Of a DNA stretch of 64,000 nucleotides, positions 10,053 through 19,555 are shown piece after piece. The DNA comes from a bacterium. GTDB lineage: Bacteria > Electryoneota > Electryoneia > Electryoneales > Electryoneaceae. The notes beneath the pieces were generated by a model. That model searched no databases. It saw only the letters and a list, made by a program, of their open reading frames with translations, and had not been told where the DNA came from. Every line of letters starts with the position of its first letter. Position 1 is the first letter of the stretch. Both the position numbers and the translations under genes were made by a program. The stretch covers positions 3,552,001 through 3,616,000 of the forward strand of contig OY769902.1 in assembly GCA_963669175.1 (NCBI GenBank), in the 5' to 3' direction.

Positions 10053-10265
10053 TCAGGACTTCGGCTTCATGCCGTACTTCTTGTAGAACTTGTCTACGCG
10101 GCCGGCTGTGTCGACCAGCTTCTGCTTGCCCGTGAAGAACGGGTGACAGGCGGAGCAAATTTCTACCTTGATCGTGTCCTTCTGGGTACTGCGTGTGTTC
10201 CAGGTTGAACCACAAGCGCATTCCACTTCTACGTAATGGTATGCGGGATGGATACCTTCTTTCAT
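10053..10265 (-). CDS. rpmE: 50S ribosomal protein L31 (zinc-binding type)
   Basis: [27 protein letters not shown]. Confidence 0.98.
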   Translation of the reverse strand: MKEGIHPAYHYVEVECACGSTWNTRSTQKDTIKVEICSACHPFFTGKQKLVDTAGRVDKFYKKYGMKPKS

Positions 10266-10303
10266 CTCTCTATCCTCTCACCTACTGTTTGTAAAGCCAT
10301 GTA

Positions 10304-10332
10304 AGGTAACGGGCTAGACCGTGCAGTGCAAG
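10304..10332 (-). promoter_or_regulatory. Probable sigma70 promoter of rpmE operon
   Basis: Minus strand TTGCAC-N17-TACCTT. Confidence 0.5.
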
Positions 10333-10699
10333 ATCAAATCCGAATAAAGGAGCCGCTCGAAACCCCGGAAAAAACATCAGGTAGGGGTAAATTCTACCCC
10401 TTCCTTTCAACTGCGCCCAATGTAATCCCGTTCCAACCGTACAGCCCAACTTATCCCGAGCCACTGGAGCCATCGTGAAAGCATGCGGTAAAATGGGCAG
10501 CCAGCAATCGCATATAGCTTGGTAGAAACAAGATACATCCATTTATTTTCAAACGCACGATCTCACTATAGTTGAACAAGCAGCTTGAGTTTCAAGGAGA
10601 CAACTCTGAAAAATTCTCGCTTCATTCCGGCACAGGATATGCTTCCTGAAAAAAGAATAGTTTCCTGAAATTGGTTTTGTTTTACACGCGAGTAAGTGG

Positions 10700-12715
10700 A
10701 TGCCACGCATTCTGTTTCATTTTCAACGTCCTTCACAATTGCCTGTTCTTACACCTGTTCTGGATGTTCTCCGTGACATTGACGGTGTGGAACTGGCGAT
10801 CACAATAACTCCGATTAACAGGCGTCACCTGGATGGTTTTGATGGCCAGAACCGTCTCCAGGCGGAAAAAATCGGGTTGCCTATCCTGGATGATTTCACG
10901 GCATGGAATCCGGATGCTGTCATTATGGCGGAAAATTACGCTCATCGGTTTGAGGGCAACGGCAAACTGGCGCTGGTTCCGGAACGTATCAGTAGCAAGG
11001 GACTCAGCTTTACGGAACATCAGGCAGCAGAACGTGATAACCTGCTGGACCTGATCTGTGCTCCAGGACCAATTCACAAGCAGAAAACTGAACAGTCAGG
11101 AAAAGTTTTCACATCAGTTATAGGAACGGGATTTCCCAAGCTGGACGCCGTCTTCAAGGAAGGTTTTGCGGTACAGGCGAAACTGAAACAATACGCCCGT
11201 ATATCCCCAAAGAAAAAAGCAATCCTGTATGCCCCGACAGAAGTAATGCCGCTGTCATCCGTCCCGATTCTCTGGACTCGCATCCGTCAGCTTGCAAACG
11301 ACCAGACGCACCTGTTTGTCAAGCTTCACCCTCGTTCCCCCTATTCCTGGACAGAGGACTTTCGTTTGCTTGCGGGAAATGACCCCAATATCACGCTGGT
11401 GCGTGAGGATGATCTTGCTTCATTCCTTGCGTTGGCCGATGTCGTCATCTCGGATACTTCATCCGCATACCTGGAAGCAATACTTCTCGATAAGCCTGTC
11501 GTTCTGTTTGAAAATCCCAACCAGAGAGAATATCCATTATACCAGTCAAATGACCTGGAATACATGTTTCAGAAGGCTGCATTTGTGACCAGCTCATTTG
11601 AAGAATTGAACACTGCGGTACAGGTTTACCTCGCTGATCCGGAACAGCATCAGGAAGAACGTGCTGAGGCGCGATTACAACTTCATGTAGATCTGGACGG
11701 CAACTCGGCACAACGTGTGGCTGATGCAATCCTTGGACTGCTTGATGGCATACAGGACTCCATTGTATCCGGCAAACACGATCAGGCAGATACCGCGATA
11801 ATCCTTCCCGTTGATCATTTCGATCCGGAGAATGCTGAACGTACGCTGGGAACACTGAAACTCGCAGGCGCAGCTTTCAACCTGTTCGTGCTGCCACTGA
11901 ACGGTCATACGCATGAATGGTTGGACCGGCTTGCATCCTATCACCCGGTTTTGCTGAATACACCGATTGATATGGAAGCCCTGCAATCCTACCAATACAC
12001 CTGTGTATTACAGCAGAGTGTTCTTGGGTTCAACGGTTGGCTGACACGTCTGCAAAACCATCTACGTATGGAGAAGCAGTTGCAGGCGGTCGTGCCTCAG
12101 CTTGCTTTCGGGATACCATCACAAAATCCCACCTTCAGGCTTGGCACAGAAATTTCTCCCGGCCCGCAAACAGAACAGCTCGATCATCAACTGAAGGTCA
12201 GAATACCAAACGAGCGAGTGCCGCTCTCCGTGGCCCCGGCTTTATCCTGTATCCTGATCAGAAACATCCCTCAAAACATGCAAATAGTAGTAAGCAGCAT
12301 CCTGGAAAAAGGAAAACAACTGCCACTGCAACATGTTGCGCTGGCAATGGATACGCTGATAGAAGAAGCGTCGGAAAATGCGGTGTACGAAGCTGAATGG
12401 GCTTATCCGTTATCGCCGGAACAGAAACAACTCGCTGAAGAACGGGTTATAGCGCTGGCAGACTGGATACAGATGCCGTTACGTGAACAGCTTCCTCCGG
12501 ACGCCCCGGTTTTCAACCGAAAAGGCTCTAATGGGAAAACGGCACAACCAGCCACTGACAATGGACATGTACGTCTGGCAAGACATTATATAAACAGGAA
12601 CAAGCGACATGAGGCCGAGAAACAGGTTCGTTTCGGCCTTGAAAAAGACCCGGATCATCCCGAATTGATCGCTTTGGCACGTGAACTTGGGATTCTTACG
12701 GGTCGGGAGCAGTAA
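10700..12715 (+). CDS. CDP-glycerol glycerophosphotransferase-like (TagB/TagF/SpsB) domain fused to a divergent GT2-like region and TPR-like tail
   Basis: GFPKLD, ILYAPT, VKLHP, ADVVISDTSS, LLDKPV, DGNSAQRV; C-terminal half divergent. Confidence 0.75.
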   Translation: MPRILFHFQRPSQLPVLTPVLDVLRDIDGVELAITITPINRRHLDGFDGQNRLQAEKIGLPILDDFTAWNPDAVIMAENYAHRFEGNGKLALVPERISSKGLSFTEHQAAERDNLLDLICAPGPIHKQKTEQSGKVFTSVIGTGFPKLDAVFKEGFAVQAKLKQYARISPKKKAILYAPTEVMPLSSVPILWTRIRQLANDQTHLFVKLHPRSPYSWTEDFRLLAGNDPNITLVREDDLASFLALADVVISDTSSAYLEAILLDKPVVLFENPNQREYPLYQSNDLEYMFQKAAFVTSSFEELNTAVQVYLADPEQHQEERAEARLQLHVDLDGNSAQRVADAILGLLDGIQDSIVSGKHDQADTAIILPVDHFDPENAERTLGTLKLAGAAFNLFVLPLNGHTHEWLDRLASYHPVLLNTPIDMEALQSYQYTCVLQQSVLGFNGWLTRLQNHLRMEKQLQAVVPQLAFGIPSQNPTFRLGTEISPGPQTEQLDHQLKVRIPNERVPLSVAPALSCILIRNIPQNMQIVVSSILEKGKQLPLQHVALAMDTLIEEASENAVYEAEWAYPLSPEQKQLAEERVIALADWIQMPLREQLPPDAPVFNRKGSNGKTAQPATDNGHVRLARHYINRNKRHEAEKQVRFGLEKDPDHPELIALARELGILTGREQ

Positions 12716-12716
12716 C

Positions 12717-13823
12717 ATGAAGATCGTATACTACGCCAAGCGGAACTTGCATGTTCCCCATCTGTTACCGGTGAGTAACTGGATTCGTGATAACCATCCG
12801 GAAGTCGAACAGGTCTTCGCTTCCCCGCCCTACATCCCCTCCATGGAGGATATGCCGGGTGTGGGATTGAACGAAACATTGATTACGGACCTGAAACACC
12901 GTGGCTACGACTGGATTGGCCCGAGCAAGATCGGGAATTGGCGCCCGGACGTAACCGTCATGGCTGATGCTGACTTCGGTGGCATTGACTGGCAGGGTTG
13001 TATCGCGAACGTCAACCACGGCCTGATTTCAAAGGGGACTTTCTACACCAATCGTCAGACTGTACAACGTGAAAATGGCGCTGACCTGATCCTGGTTCCG
13101 GGTTCGCATCACGCGAAAGTATTGCAGAAAATGTTGCACAAACCCGTACTGGCGACAGGATTTGTCAAGTTTGATCCGGTCGGACGCGGTGAACTGACCC
13201 AGCAATCCGCACGCGAAAAGTATGGCATTGGCGCGAAGGATCGTGTTGTCACCTTTGCCCCGACGTACAACATTGAGTTGAGCGCTGTCCCGGTAATCAC
13301 GGATGGCCTGCGCACGTTCGCCAACCAGGGCCTGAAAGTGCTGGTCAAGTTGCACGGTATGTCGCCGGAATCATGGAAACAGATGTACCGTCTGCTGGCA
13401 TTGCTGGAAGAAAATATCATCTATGTTGATGACATGGACCTGACGCCTTCGATCATGGCGGCGGATGTGGTTATTTCGGATGTTTCCTCTGCATTCATGG
13501 AAGCAATGGCGTTGAACCGTCCGGTAATCCTGGTAAACAATCCCCTGCAGAAGAGATTCCCGGCTTACGATCCCAACGATATCGAATATGCCTGGCGTGA
13601 TGTGGGCGTTCAGGTGGGCACACGTCACGAGATCATCAAATCCGTACATCATGCGCTGGATCATCCGGAAGACAAGGAGGATCGTCGCAAATTCTACGGT
13701 CCCAAGCTGGTAGGTCCAATTGACGGACGTGCCGCAGAACGTGCGTCTACAGCGATCATGCAACTCGCTGCACAATACACACAACGGCATTCGCAGGTTT
13801 CGGCAGGATGGAACCCGAGTTGA
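12717..13823 (+). CDS. CDP-glycerol glycerophosphotransferase family protein
   Basis: NHGLISKG, GFVKFD, FAPTYN, VKLHG, ADVVISDVSS, DGRAAER. Confidence 0.85.
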   Translation: MKIVYYAKRNLHVPHLLPVSNWIRDNHPEVEQVFASPPYIPSMEDMPGVGLNETLITDLKHRGYDWIGPSKIGNWRPDVTVMADADFGGIDWQGCIANVNHGLISKGTFYTNRQTVQRENGADLILVPGSHHAKVLQKMLHKPVLATGFVKFDPVGRGELTQQSAREKYGIGAKDRVVTFAPTYNIELSAVPVITDGLRTFANQGLKVLVKLHGMSPESWKQMYRLLALLEENIIYVDDMDLTPSIMAADVVISDVSSAFMEAMALNRPVILVNNPLQKRFPAYDPNDIEYAWRDVGVQVGTRHEIIKSVHHALDHPEDKEDRRKFYGPKLVGPIDGRAAERASTAIMQLAAQYTQRHSQVSAGWNPS

Positions 13824-13875
13824 TTCTTGCTTTGGTCTCAAACAGGCAAGATTGACGAATCAAAAAGAATGTTTC

Positions 13876-13958
13876 ACGCAAAGGCGCAAAGGCGCAAAGG
13901 CGCAAAGGCGCAAAGAAAGACAAAGAAGAAAGAAAGAAAGAAAATATAAGGAAGAATT
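13876..13958. repeat. Short tandem repeat (AAGGCGCA)n and purine tract
   Basis: CGCAAAGGCGCAAAGGCGCAAAGGCGCAAAGGCGCAAAG followed by AAAG-rich run. Confidence 0.85.
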
Positions 13959-13988
13959 ATGGGTAAGATAAGTAGGTAGATTTATTAA

Positions 13989-14256
13989 CCCGACAGCAAG
14001 CAGTACGCCTCGGTTCACAAGTCGGGCCAAACGTGTTTTGCCTATTGGCCCCGCCGGCTTGAAGCACGTTGTAGCGAAGCGAAGGCGGCTGCCCGGCGGT
14101 GGTCTATTTTTCTGAAGAATTACTCCATCGGTAGTCAAAAGTGAAAAAAGTGAAAAAGGAAACAGATTGTCACGATTCCCAGCTATGCGTATACCAATTG
14201 ACACACAGATTACTGGGAATTCGCAGAATCCCGACAGCAAGCAGTCGGGCCAAGCC
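13989..14256. repeat. Dispersed copy of the 238-bp repeat family
   Basis: Shares CCCGACAGCAAGCAGTCGGGCC, GGCCCCGCCGGCTTGAAGCAC and AAACAGATTGTCACG with 20229-21044. Confidence 0.85.
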
Positions 14257-14289
14257 ACCTCAAACCACGCACAAATTCTTTTAAGGAAC

Positions 14290-14412
14290 CTACTTTTTTA
14301 CCTTCTTTACTTTCTTTACCTTTTTCACTTCTCTTTACTTTCTTTACCTTTTTCACTTCTCTTTACTTTCTTTACCTTTTTCACTTCTTTCACTGTCTAC
14401 TTTTTTCACTTC
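14290..14412. repeat. Pyrimidine-rich tract with 3 x 28-bp tandem repeat
   Basis: CTTTACTTTCTTTACCTTTTTCACTTCT at 14305, 14333 and 14361; the end is the reverse complement of 20228-20257. Confidence 0.85.
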
Positions 14413-14416
14413 AATA

Positions 14417-14971
14417 TCATATCACCTTGAACAGATCATCCGCAGCTTTCCGTTCCCGCGGTTTATCATTCATCCCTTTGTAATACTCAGGCAGAAAGCT
14501 CTCGTCCGAACCCGGTTTCCCTACAGCGATCATGACATAAGGTTCATCCACATCTTCCAGCGCGAACAGGGTACGAACTTTCTCCGGACTGAATCCTGCC
14601 ATGGGACGTGCGCTCAATCCAAGCTCCGTTGCTGCGAGCATGATATTCATCGTACTCATCCCAAGGTCGAATGTAAAATACTCCCTGCCATCATCCTGGA
14701 TACAGTCCGCGTTATGCCGTGAGTATCCGATGATGAGCAACGGCGCTCGTGTCGCCCAGGTCGTATTCCCCCCGACCAGGCACTCACGCCCTTTCTTCAA
14801 TCCTTCATCACTGTTCAGGAACAAGTATCGCCAGGGCTGATGGTTCCGGCATGACGGTGTCAACCGTGCCGCCTCGACCAGGACATCAATCACATCAACC
14901 GTCAACGGGTCTTTTTCTATCGAACGCCCTGCAACCCTTTTCTGAAGAAGTTGAATCACCTCACTATTCAT
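14417..14971 (-). CDS. Nitroreductase family protein
   Basis: EAARLTPSCRNHQPW, DLGMSTMNIMLAATELGL, PMAGF; start after GGGGGGAG. Confidence 0.92.
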   Translation of the reverse strand: MNSEVIQLLQKRVAGRSIEKDPLTVDVIDVLVEAARLTPSCRNHQPWRYLFLNSDEGLKKGRECLVGGNTTWATRAPLLIIGYSRHNADCIQDDGREYFTFDLGMSTMNIMLAATELGLSARPMAGFSPEKVRTLFALEDVDEPYVMIAVGKPGSDESFLPEYYKGMNDKPRERKAADDLFKVI

Positions 14972-15194
14972 GCTCCCCCCCTTTGGAAGGTTATTGATGT
15001 TTGAATACTCCTCCAATATATAATGCGCAATCATCATGTCCATACCCGCTTGTAAATCATTTCCTTTTCCTGAGCAAAATACCGGAATCGCTCCGCTTAT
15101 CATTTCACATGTTAGCGCAACCCTTGGAAAAATACTCTATTATTAACAAATAGTTAGGTTCCCCTATCCATAAGTCTACTGGAGACCGGAGGTT

Positions 15195-15212
15195 GCGTGA
15201 AGGAATGCACGA
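15195..15212. promoter_or_regulatory. Possible Rex-like operator upstream of nfnA
   Basis: GCGTGAAGGAATGCACGA versus consensus TTGTGAAnnnnTTCACAA; inner CGTG/CACG palindrome. Confidence 0.35.
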
Positions 15213-15290
15213 GTGTAGTTTTCATGCCGGGCTGCGCAACTTGGAAATTGTGCGGCGTTTTTTCATAAACGGCAACCATACGGCGAGGGT

Positions 15291-16160
15291 GTGATGTACG
15301 AAATCGTCCGTTTTGACCGGCCAGCGGATAAGGTCCTAGATTTGGATGTTATGGCGCCGGTGATCGCAAAGAAGCGTAAAGCCGGGCAATTCGTTTTGAT
15401 CCGGTTGAACGAGAAGGGGGAACGTATCCCTCTGACCATCGCAGATTCAGATCCGGAAAAAGGTACCATTCGTCTCATCGTCCAGGAAGTAGGCAAAACC
15501 ACCTATAATCTCGGGCAGATGAAGGTGGGCGATTGCCTGGCCGATGTTGCCGGTCCTCTTGGACAACCGACTCATATTGACAAGTTTGGTACGGTTGTCT
15601 GCATCGGCGGCGGTATCGGGATCGCCCCGGTACATCCCATTGCGAAAACCTTGAAGGAAGCGGGAAACCGTATTATCACCATTATCGGGGCACGTTCCAA
15701 AGACCTGATCATCCTCGAAAAAGAGATGAAAGCTATCTCGGACCGTGTGATCATCGCGACAGATGACGGCACCCGTGGTGTTCACGGTTTCGTGACCGAC
15801 GCCCTCCAGGGGCTGATCAACGATGGTGTCACCATCGACCTCGTCGTGGCCATTGGTCCGGTTCCGATGATGAAGTTCACCTCGCTGTTGACCAAAAAGT
15901 ACAACCTCCCCACCGTCGTCAGCCTGAACAGTGTCATGGTGGACGGTACCGGAATGTGCGGCGGCTGCCGTGTTTCCATTGGGGACAAGTCGGCTTTTGT
16001 GTGTGTTGATGGTCCTGAATTCGACGGCCACCAGGTCAACTATGACGAACTGATCATGCGTCAGAGCGCATACATCGACATGGAGAAGGAAGCCTTGGAT
16101 CATTATCACAAGTGCCGTCTCGATGTTGAAGCGGAGCGCCTGAAGAAGGAGGCGGAATAA
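15291..16160 (+). CDS. nfnA: NADH-dependent reduced ferredoxin:NADP+ oxidoreductase small subunit (SudB-like)
   Basis: GERIPLTIAD, GPLG, GGGIG, MVDGTGMCGGCRV, CVDGPEF. Confidence 0.92.
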   Translation: MMYEIVRFDRPADKVLDLDVMAPVIAKKRKAGQFVLIRLNEKGERIPLTIADSDPEKGTIRLIVQEVGKTTYNLGQMKVGDCLADVAGPLGQPTHIDKFGTVVCIGGGIGIAPVHPIAKTLKEAGNRIITIIGARSKDLIILEKEMKAISDRVIIATDDGTRGVHGFVTDALQGLINDGVTIDLVVAIGPVPMMKFTSLLTKKYNLPTVVSLNSVMVDGTGMCGGCRVSIGDKSAFVCVDGPEFDGHQVNYDELIMRQSAYIDMEKEALDHYHKCRLDVEAERLKKEAE

Positions 16161-17611
16161 TGGCAGACCTGCAACAGCTCGCCGAGAAATACGAGAACCT
16201 GTCCAAGAAAGAACGCCAGGCGATCCCGCGCCACGATATGCCGGAACAGGAACCGCTGGTCCGTGCGAAGAACTTCAAGGAAGTGCCTTTCGGCTACAGC
16301 ATCGAAACCGCCATGGAAGAAGCCGCGCGCTGCATCGAGTGTAAGAAGCCGAAATGTATCGACGGCTGCCCGGTGGGAATCAACATCCCCGGCTTCATCC
16401 GAGAAATTCGTCGCAACAACCTCCAGGGCGCGATCCGTGTCATGAAGGATCAGAACGCTCTGCCCGCTATCTGCGGCCGTGTCTGCCCGCAGGAAGAACA
16501 GTGCGAATCCAAGTGCATCCTGGGTGTCAAGGGCGAATCTGTCGCCATTGGCCGCCTGGAACGCTTTATCGCGGACTGGGAACGTGACTCCGGCAACATC
16601 GAGATCCCGGAAATCGCACCGCCGACCGGACGCAAGATCGCGGTCGTAGGCTGCGGCCCCGCCGGATTGACCGTTGCCGGTGACCTGGCCAAACTCGGCC
16701 ACGATGTCACTATCTTCGAAGCCCTGCATAAGCCGGGTGGTGTGTTGATTTACGGTATCCCGGAATTCCGTCTCCCGAAAGCCATCGTGGAAGCGGAAGT
16801 CAACTATGTTGAAAAGCTGGGCGTGAAGATTGTCTATAACGCCGTCATCGGCAAGTACCTCACCATCGAGGAACTGTTTGAAGAAGAAGGTTTCCACGCC
16901 GTGTTCATCGGTGTTGGCGCCGGTCTTCCCTACTTCATGAACATCCCGGGCGAGAACCTGATCGGCGTGTACAGCGCCAACGAGTACCTCACCCGTTCGA
17001 ACCTGATGAAGGCCTACGATTTCCCGAACTACGACACCCCGGTGATCCGCAGCAAGAACGTCGCGGTGGTCGGCGGCGGAAACGTAGCCATGGACTCAGC
17101 CCGTACCGCCCTGCGTCTCGGCGCGGACAATGTCTACCTGGTCTACCGTCGCAGTCAGACAGAAATGCCGGCCCGTAACGAAGAGATCCACCACGCGGAA
17201 CAGGAAGGCATTCAGTTCAACCTGCTGACCAATCCGATCGAGATCTACGGTAACGAGAAAGGCCGTGTCACGGGCATGAAGTGCATCCGTATGGAACTGG
17301 GTGAGCCCGATGCCAGCGGACGCCGCCGTCCGGTCCCCATCGAAGGTTCCGAGTTCACGCTGGACGTGGATACGGTCGTGATGTCCATCGGTAACGGCGC
17401 AAACCCGCTGCTGACCCGTGCCACCCCCGAACTTGAGACCAACAAGTGGGGCAATATCGTGGCCGACGATGACACCGCCGCGACCTCCATGCCGGGCGTC
17501 TACGCCGGTGGGGATATCGTGATCGGCGCCGCAACCGTCATCCTCGCCATGGGCGCCGGTAAAACCGCCTCCGCCGCCATGCACGAGTATGTGATGGGGT
17601 TGGATGTGTAG
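16160..17611 (+). CDS. nfnB: NfnB / SudA / GltD-like large subunit
   Basis: RCIECKKPKCIDGCP, CGRVCPQEEQCE, GCGPAG, GGGNVAMD, GAATVILAMGAG; paired with nfnA and no gltB. Confidence 0.92.
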   Translation: MADLQQLAEKYENLSKKERQAIPRHDMPEQEPLVRAKNFKEVPFGYSIETAMEEAARCIECKKPKCIDGCPVGINIPGFIREIRRNNLQGAIRVMKDQNALPAICGRVCPQEEQCESKCILGVKGESVAIGRLERFIADWERDSGNIEIPEIAPPTGRKIAVVGCGPAGLTVAGDLAKLGHDVTIFEALHKPGGVLIYGIPEFRLPKAIVEAEVNYVEKLGVKIVYNAVIGKYLTIEELFEEEGFHAVFIGVGAGLPYFMNIPGENLIGVYSANEYLTRSNLMKAYDFPNYDTPVIRSKNVAVVGGGNVAMDSARTALRLGADNVYLVYRRSQTEMPARNEEIHHAEQEGIQFNLLTNPIEIYGNEKGRVTGMKCIRMELGEPDASGRRRPVPIEGSEFTLDVDTVVMSIGNGANPLLTRATPELETNKWGNIVADDDTAATSMPGVYAGGDIVIGAATVILAMGAGKTASAAMHEYVMGLDV

Positions 17612-17650
17612 GTAGTTTGAAAGTTGGAAAGTTTTCAAGTTGTAAAGTTA
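17611..17650. repeat. Octamer-period repeat (AGTTnnAA)n
   Basis: AGTTTGAA AGTTGGAA AGTTTTCA AGTTGTAA AGTTA; inverted counterpart at 21823-21863. Confidence 0.65.
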
Positions 17651-17659
17651 TTAATAGAT

Positions 17660-17699
17660 AAAACCGGGATTGACCGATTGGTTAATCCCGGTTTTCTTT
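17660..17699. terminator. Bidirectional intrinsic terminator
   Basis: AAAACCGGGATTGACC-loop-GGTTAATCCCGGTTTT. Confidence 0.8.
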
Positions 17700-17735
17700 G
17701 TGTCACTTCTTCTATATTAGGAACAATCCATGTAA

Positions 17736-18206
17736 TTACATACCTATATTTAGCCAAATTTTTATCCATGGTCCAAAAACAATCCCCAAAATAAATACGA
17801 AAATTCCTGCGACCAAGTTGATTCCCAAAGCAATCCAACGTTCTTTTGGCTTGTTTTTTCCTAGTGCTTCATCAAGTTGTTTAATGATTGCTTGTGCCTT
17901 TAGCTCTTCGACTTTTGCAAGCTGTTCATATTTTTCATAATCCTCGCGAAGTTTATTAACTGCATTTACTTTATTACTAAGATCATTTTGAAGATCATTA
18001 AGTACTTTAGACGCCTCTGTTAGTGATTCGGCTACATGCTTAACTTTCATCCCTATATCTGTCCTAGAACTCTGGATATCCTTGAGAATATCATACAATT
18101 CAGGACCAGGGATAATAGATAGTGTTAAACTTCTAAGAAATAATCTGACAACTTTGTCTGGATCAATTCGACTAATGACTGAAGATCGTTTCTCTTTTTT
18201 TCCCAC
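17736..18206 (-). CDS. Hypothetical coiled-coil protein with C-terminal membrane helix (AT-rich gene)
   Basis: 156-aa ORF, GTG start after GGGAG; heptad-like middle, hydrophobic C-terminus. Confidence 0.7.
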   Translation of the reverse strand: MGKKEKRSSVISRIDPDKVVRLFLRSLTLSIIPGPELYDILKDIQSSRTDIGMKVKHVAESLTEASKVLNDLQNDLSNKVNAVNKLREDYEKYEQLAKVEELKAQAIIKQLDEALGKNKPKERWIALGINLVAGIFVFILGIVFGPWIKIWLNIGM

Positions 18207-18486
18207 TTTTATCTCCCTTAAGTATTTGTTGTAAATGTAAATACGTCACATATTTTAAAACTACATACTATTTCATGCTAGCTCCCCCCTAATCTTATAG
18301 TCATTTTCAAATAATGGGAACTATATACGAATTTACAAATCCTTTGATAGAATATCAAGAAATCAACATGATATTTTAGGGATGATAGGATGAGCTTGTA
18401 TCCAATATTCTATCTAAATTCTTCTCTAAAGAGAAACTACCGAACCGGGGACTACATGAGTTCAACACTCGATACAAAATCTTTTA

Positions 18487-19074
18487 TCACAACTTGAGAT
18501 AATACCGTCCTGTCAACCAGCCGTGTGGGTCGGTTATGTATTCGGTAGATGAATAGGACGAATCGAAGAACGTATCCAGGCTGGCTTCCACCCCGAGGCT
18601 GAAACGGTCGATGAAGAAAAACTCGCAGCCGATCAGGGGCCCGAGGGTGAGACGTACATCGTCACCTTGATGGAGCACGTTATCAAAAATCATACGTGCG
18701 CCGAGGTAAGGGATTTTGGTTTTGAACGGATGGACACGTCCGGTGATGCCTATGCTGATCGCGGTATAATCTTTCCGCTCCTCGCCATACGTATACAAAG
18801 AAATGTCAGGTTCCATGATAGACGACCTGCTCAGCCACAACGGCACACGTACCCTGATATCCCCTCTATCCGTTCTTCTTGGGCCAGTAGAAGCACCGTA
18901 ATAACCGTCATAGGGATCAGGATAGTCGATCATATATTCCGTATACGGCTTGAGTTCCATTGTTCGCACGGTCCATGTGATTCCGATACCTGCCTTTGTG
19001 ATTTCTGCACGTCCAATGGCTGGTAAGAGCATCATGGCTACGATCAGCAGCAGCAACATCTTACGTATACTCAT
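18487..19074 (-). CDS. Exported hypothetical protein, probable outer-membrane beta-barrel
   Basis: Signal peptide, PYLG and LIGCEFFFIDRFSLGVEA strands, terminal GRYYL; RBS GAAGGAG. Confidence 0.7.
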   Translation of the reverse strand: MSIRKMLLLLIVAMMLLPAIGRAEITKAGIGITWTVRTMELKPYTEYMIDYPDPYDGYYGASTGPRRTDRGDIRVRVPLWLSRSSIMEPDISLYTYGEERKDYTAISIGITGRVHPFKTKIPYLGARMIFDNVLHQGDDVRLTLGPLIGCEFFFIDRFSLGVEASLDTFFDSSYSSTEYITDPHGWLTGRYYLKL

Positions 19075-19195
19075 CGTGGCTACTCCTTCGATTTGGTGAT
19101 AGTAATGCACAAAATTCAAAACATATTTCCTGATGTTATTATAATATGATCAATGCCATTCCTTTGCAATAGTAGCAAGAAAAAGTCTGGATCGT

Positions 19196-19545
19196 GAAAA
19201 TGGGACTGTTACCTTTTTGAAACATTCCTAATTCAACCACTCTAACAGAGTTTTCCAAAAAGGTAACTGTACCAATTTTCACAGCGTCGATACAAAAAAA
19301 CGGGACAGCCCTCTAAAGGACCATCCCTGTTTATCGCAGCTCATCACTCGGGAAAATCGGTACAGCTACCTTTTTCATCCACTTCCTTTTGAGCGTAGAG
19401 AATCTCTCTGAAAAAGTGTAGCAGTCCCATTTTCCACAGATTGAAGCTCATCACTCGGGAAAATCGGTACAGCTACCTTTTTCATCCACTTCATTTCGAG
19501 CGCAAAAGAATCTCACTGAAAAAAGTGTAGCAGTCCCATTTTCCC
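19196..19545. repeat. Three REP-like inverted-repeat units, two as a 107-bp tandem duplication
   Basis: Units at 19338 and 19445 (GAAAATCGGTACAGCTACCTTTTT...AAAAAGTGTAGCAGTCCCATTTT); inverted unit at 19196-19280. Confidence 0.85.
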
Positions 19546-19555
19546 GTTTCGATCT

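Noticed and set aside
10282-10542. ORF or ncRNA upstream of rpmE
   Set aside because: No recognisable protein or RNA motif beyond one short hairpin; the region holds divergent promoters.
16160-17611. Glutamate synthase small subunit (gltD)
   Set aside because: No large subunit nearby; coupling to an NfnA/SudB-type gene indicates NfnB.
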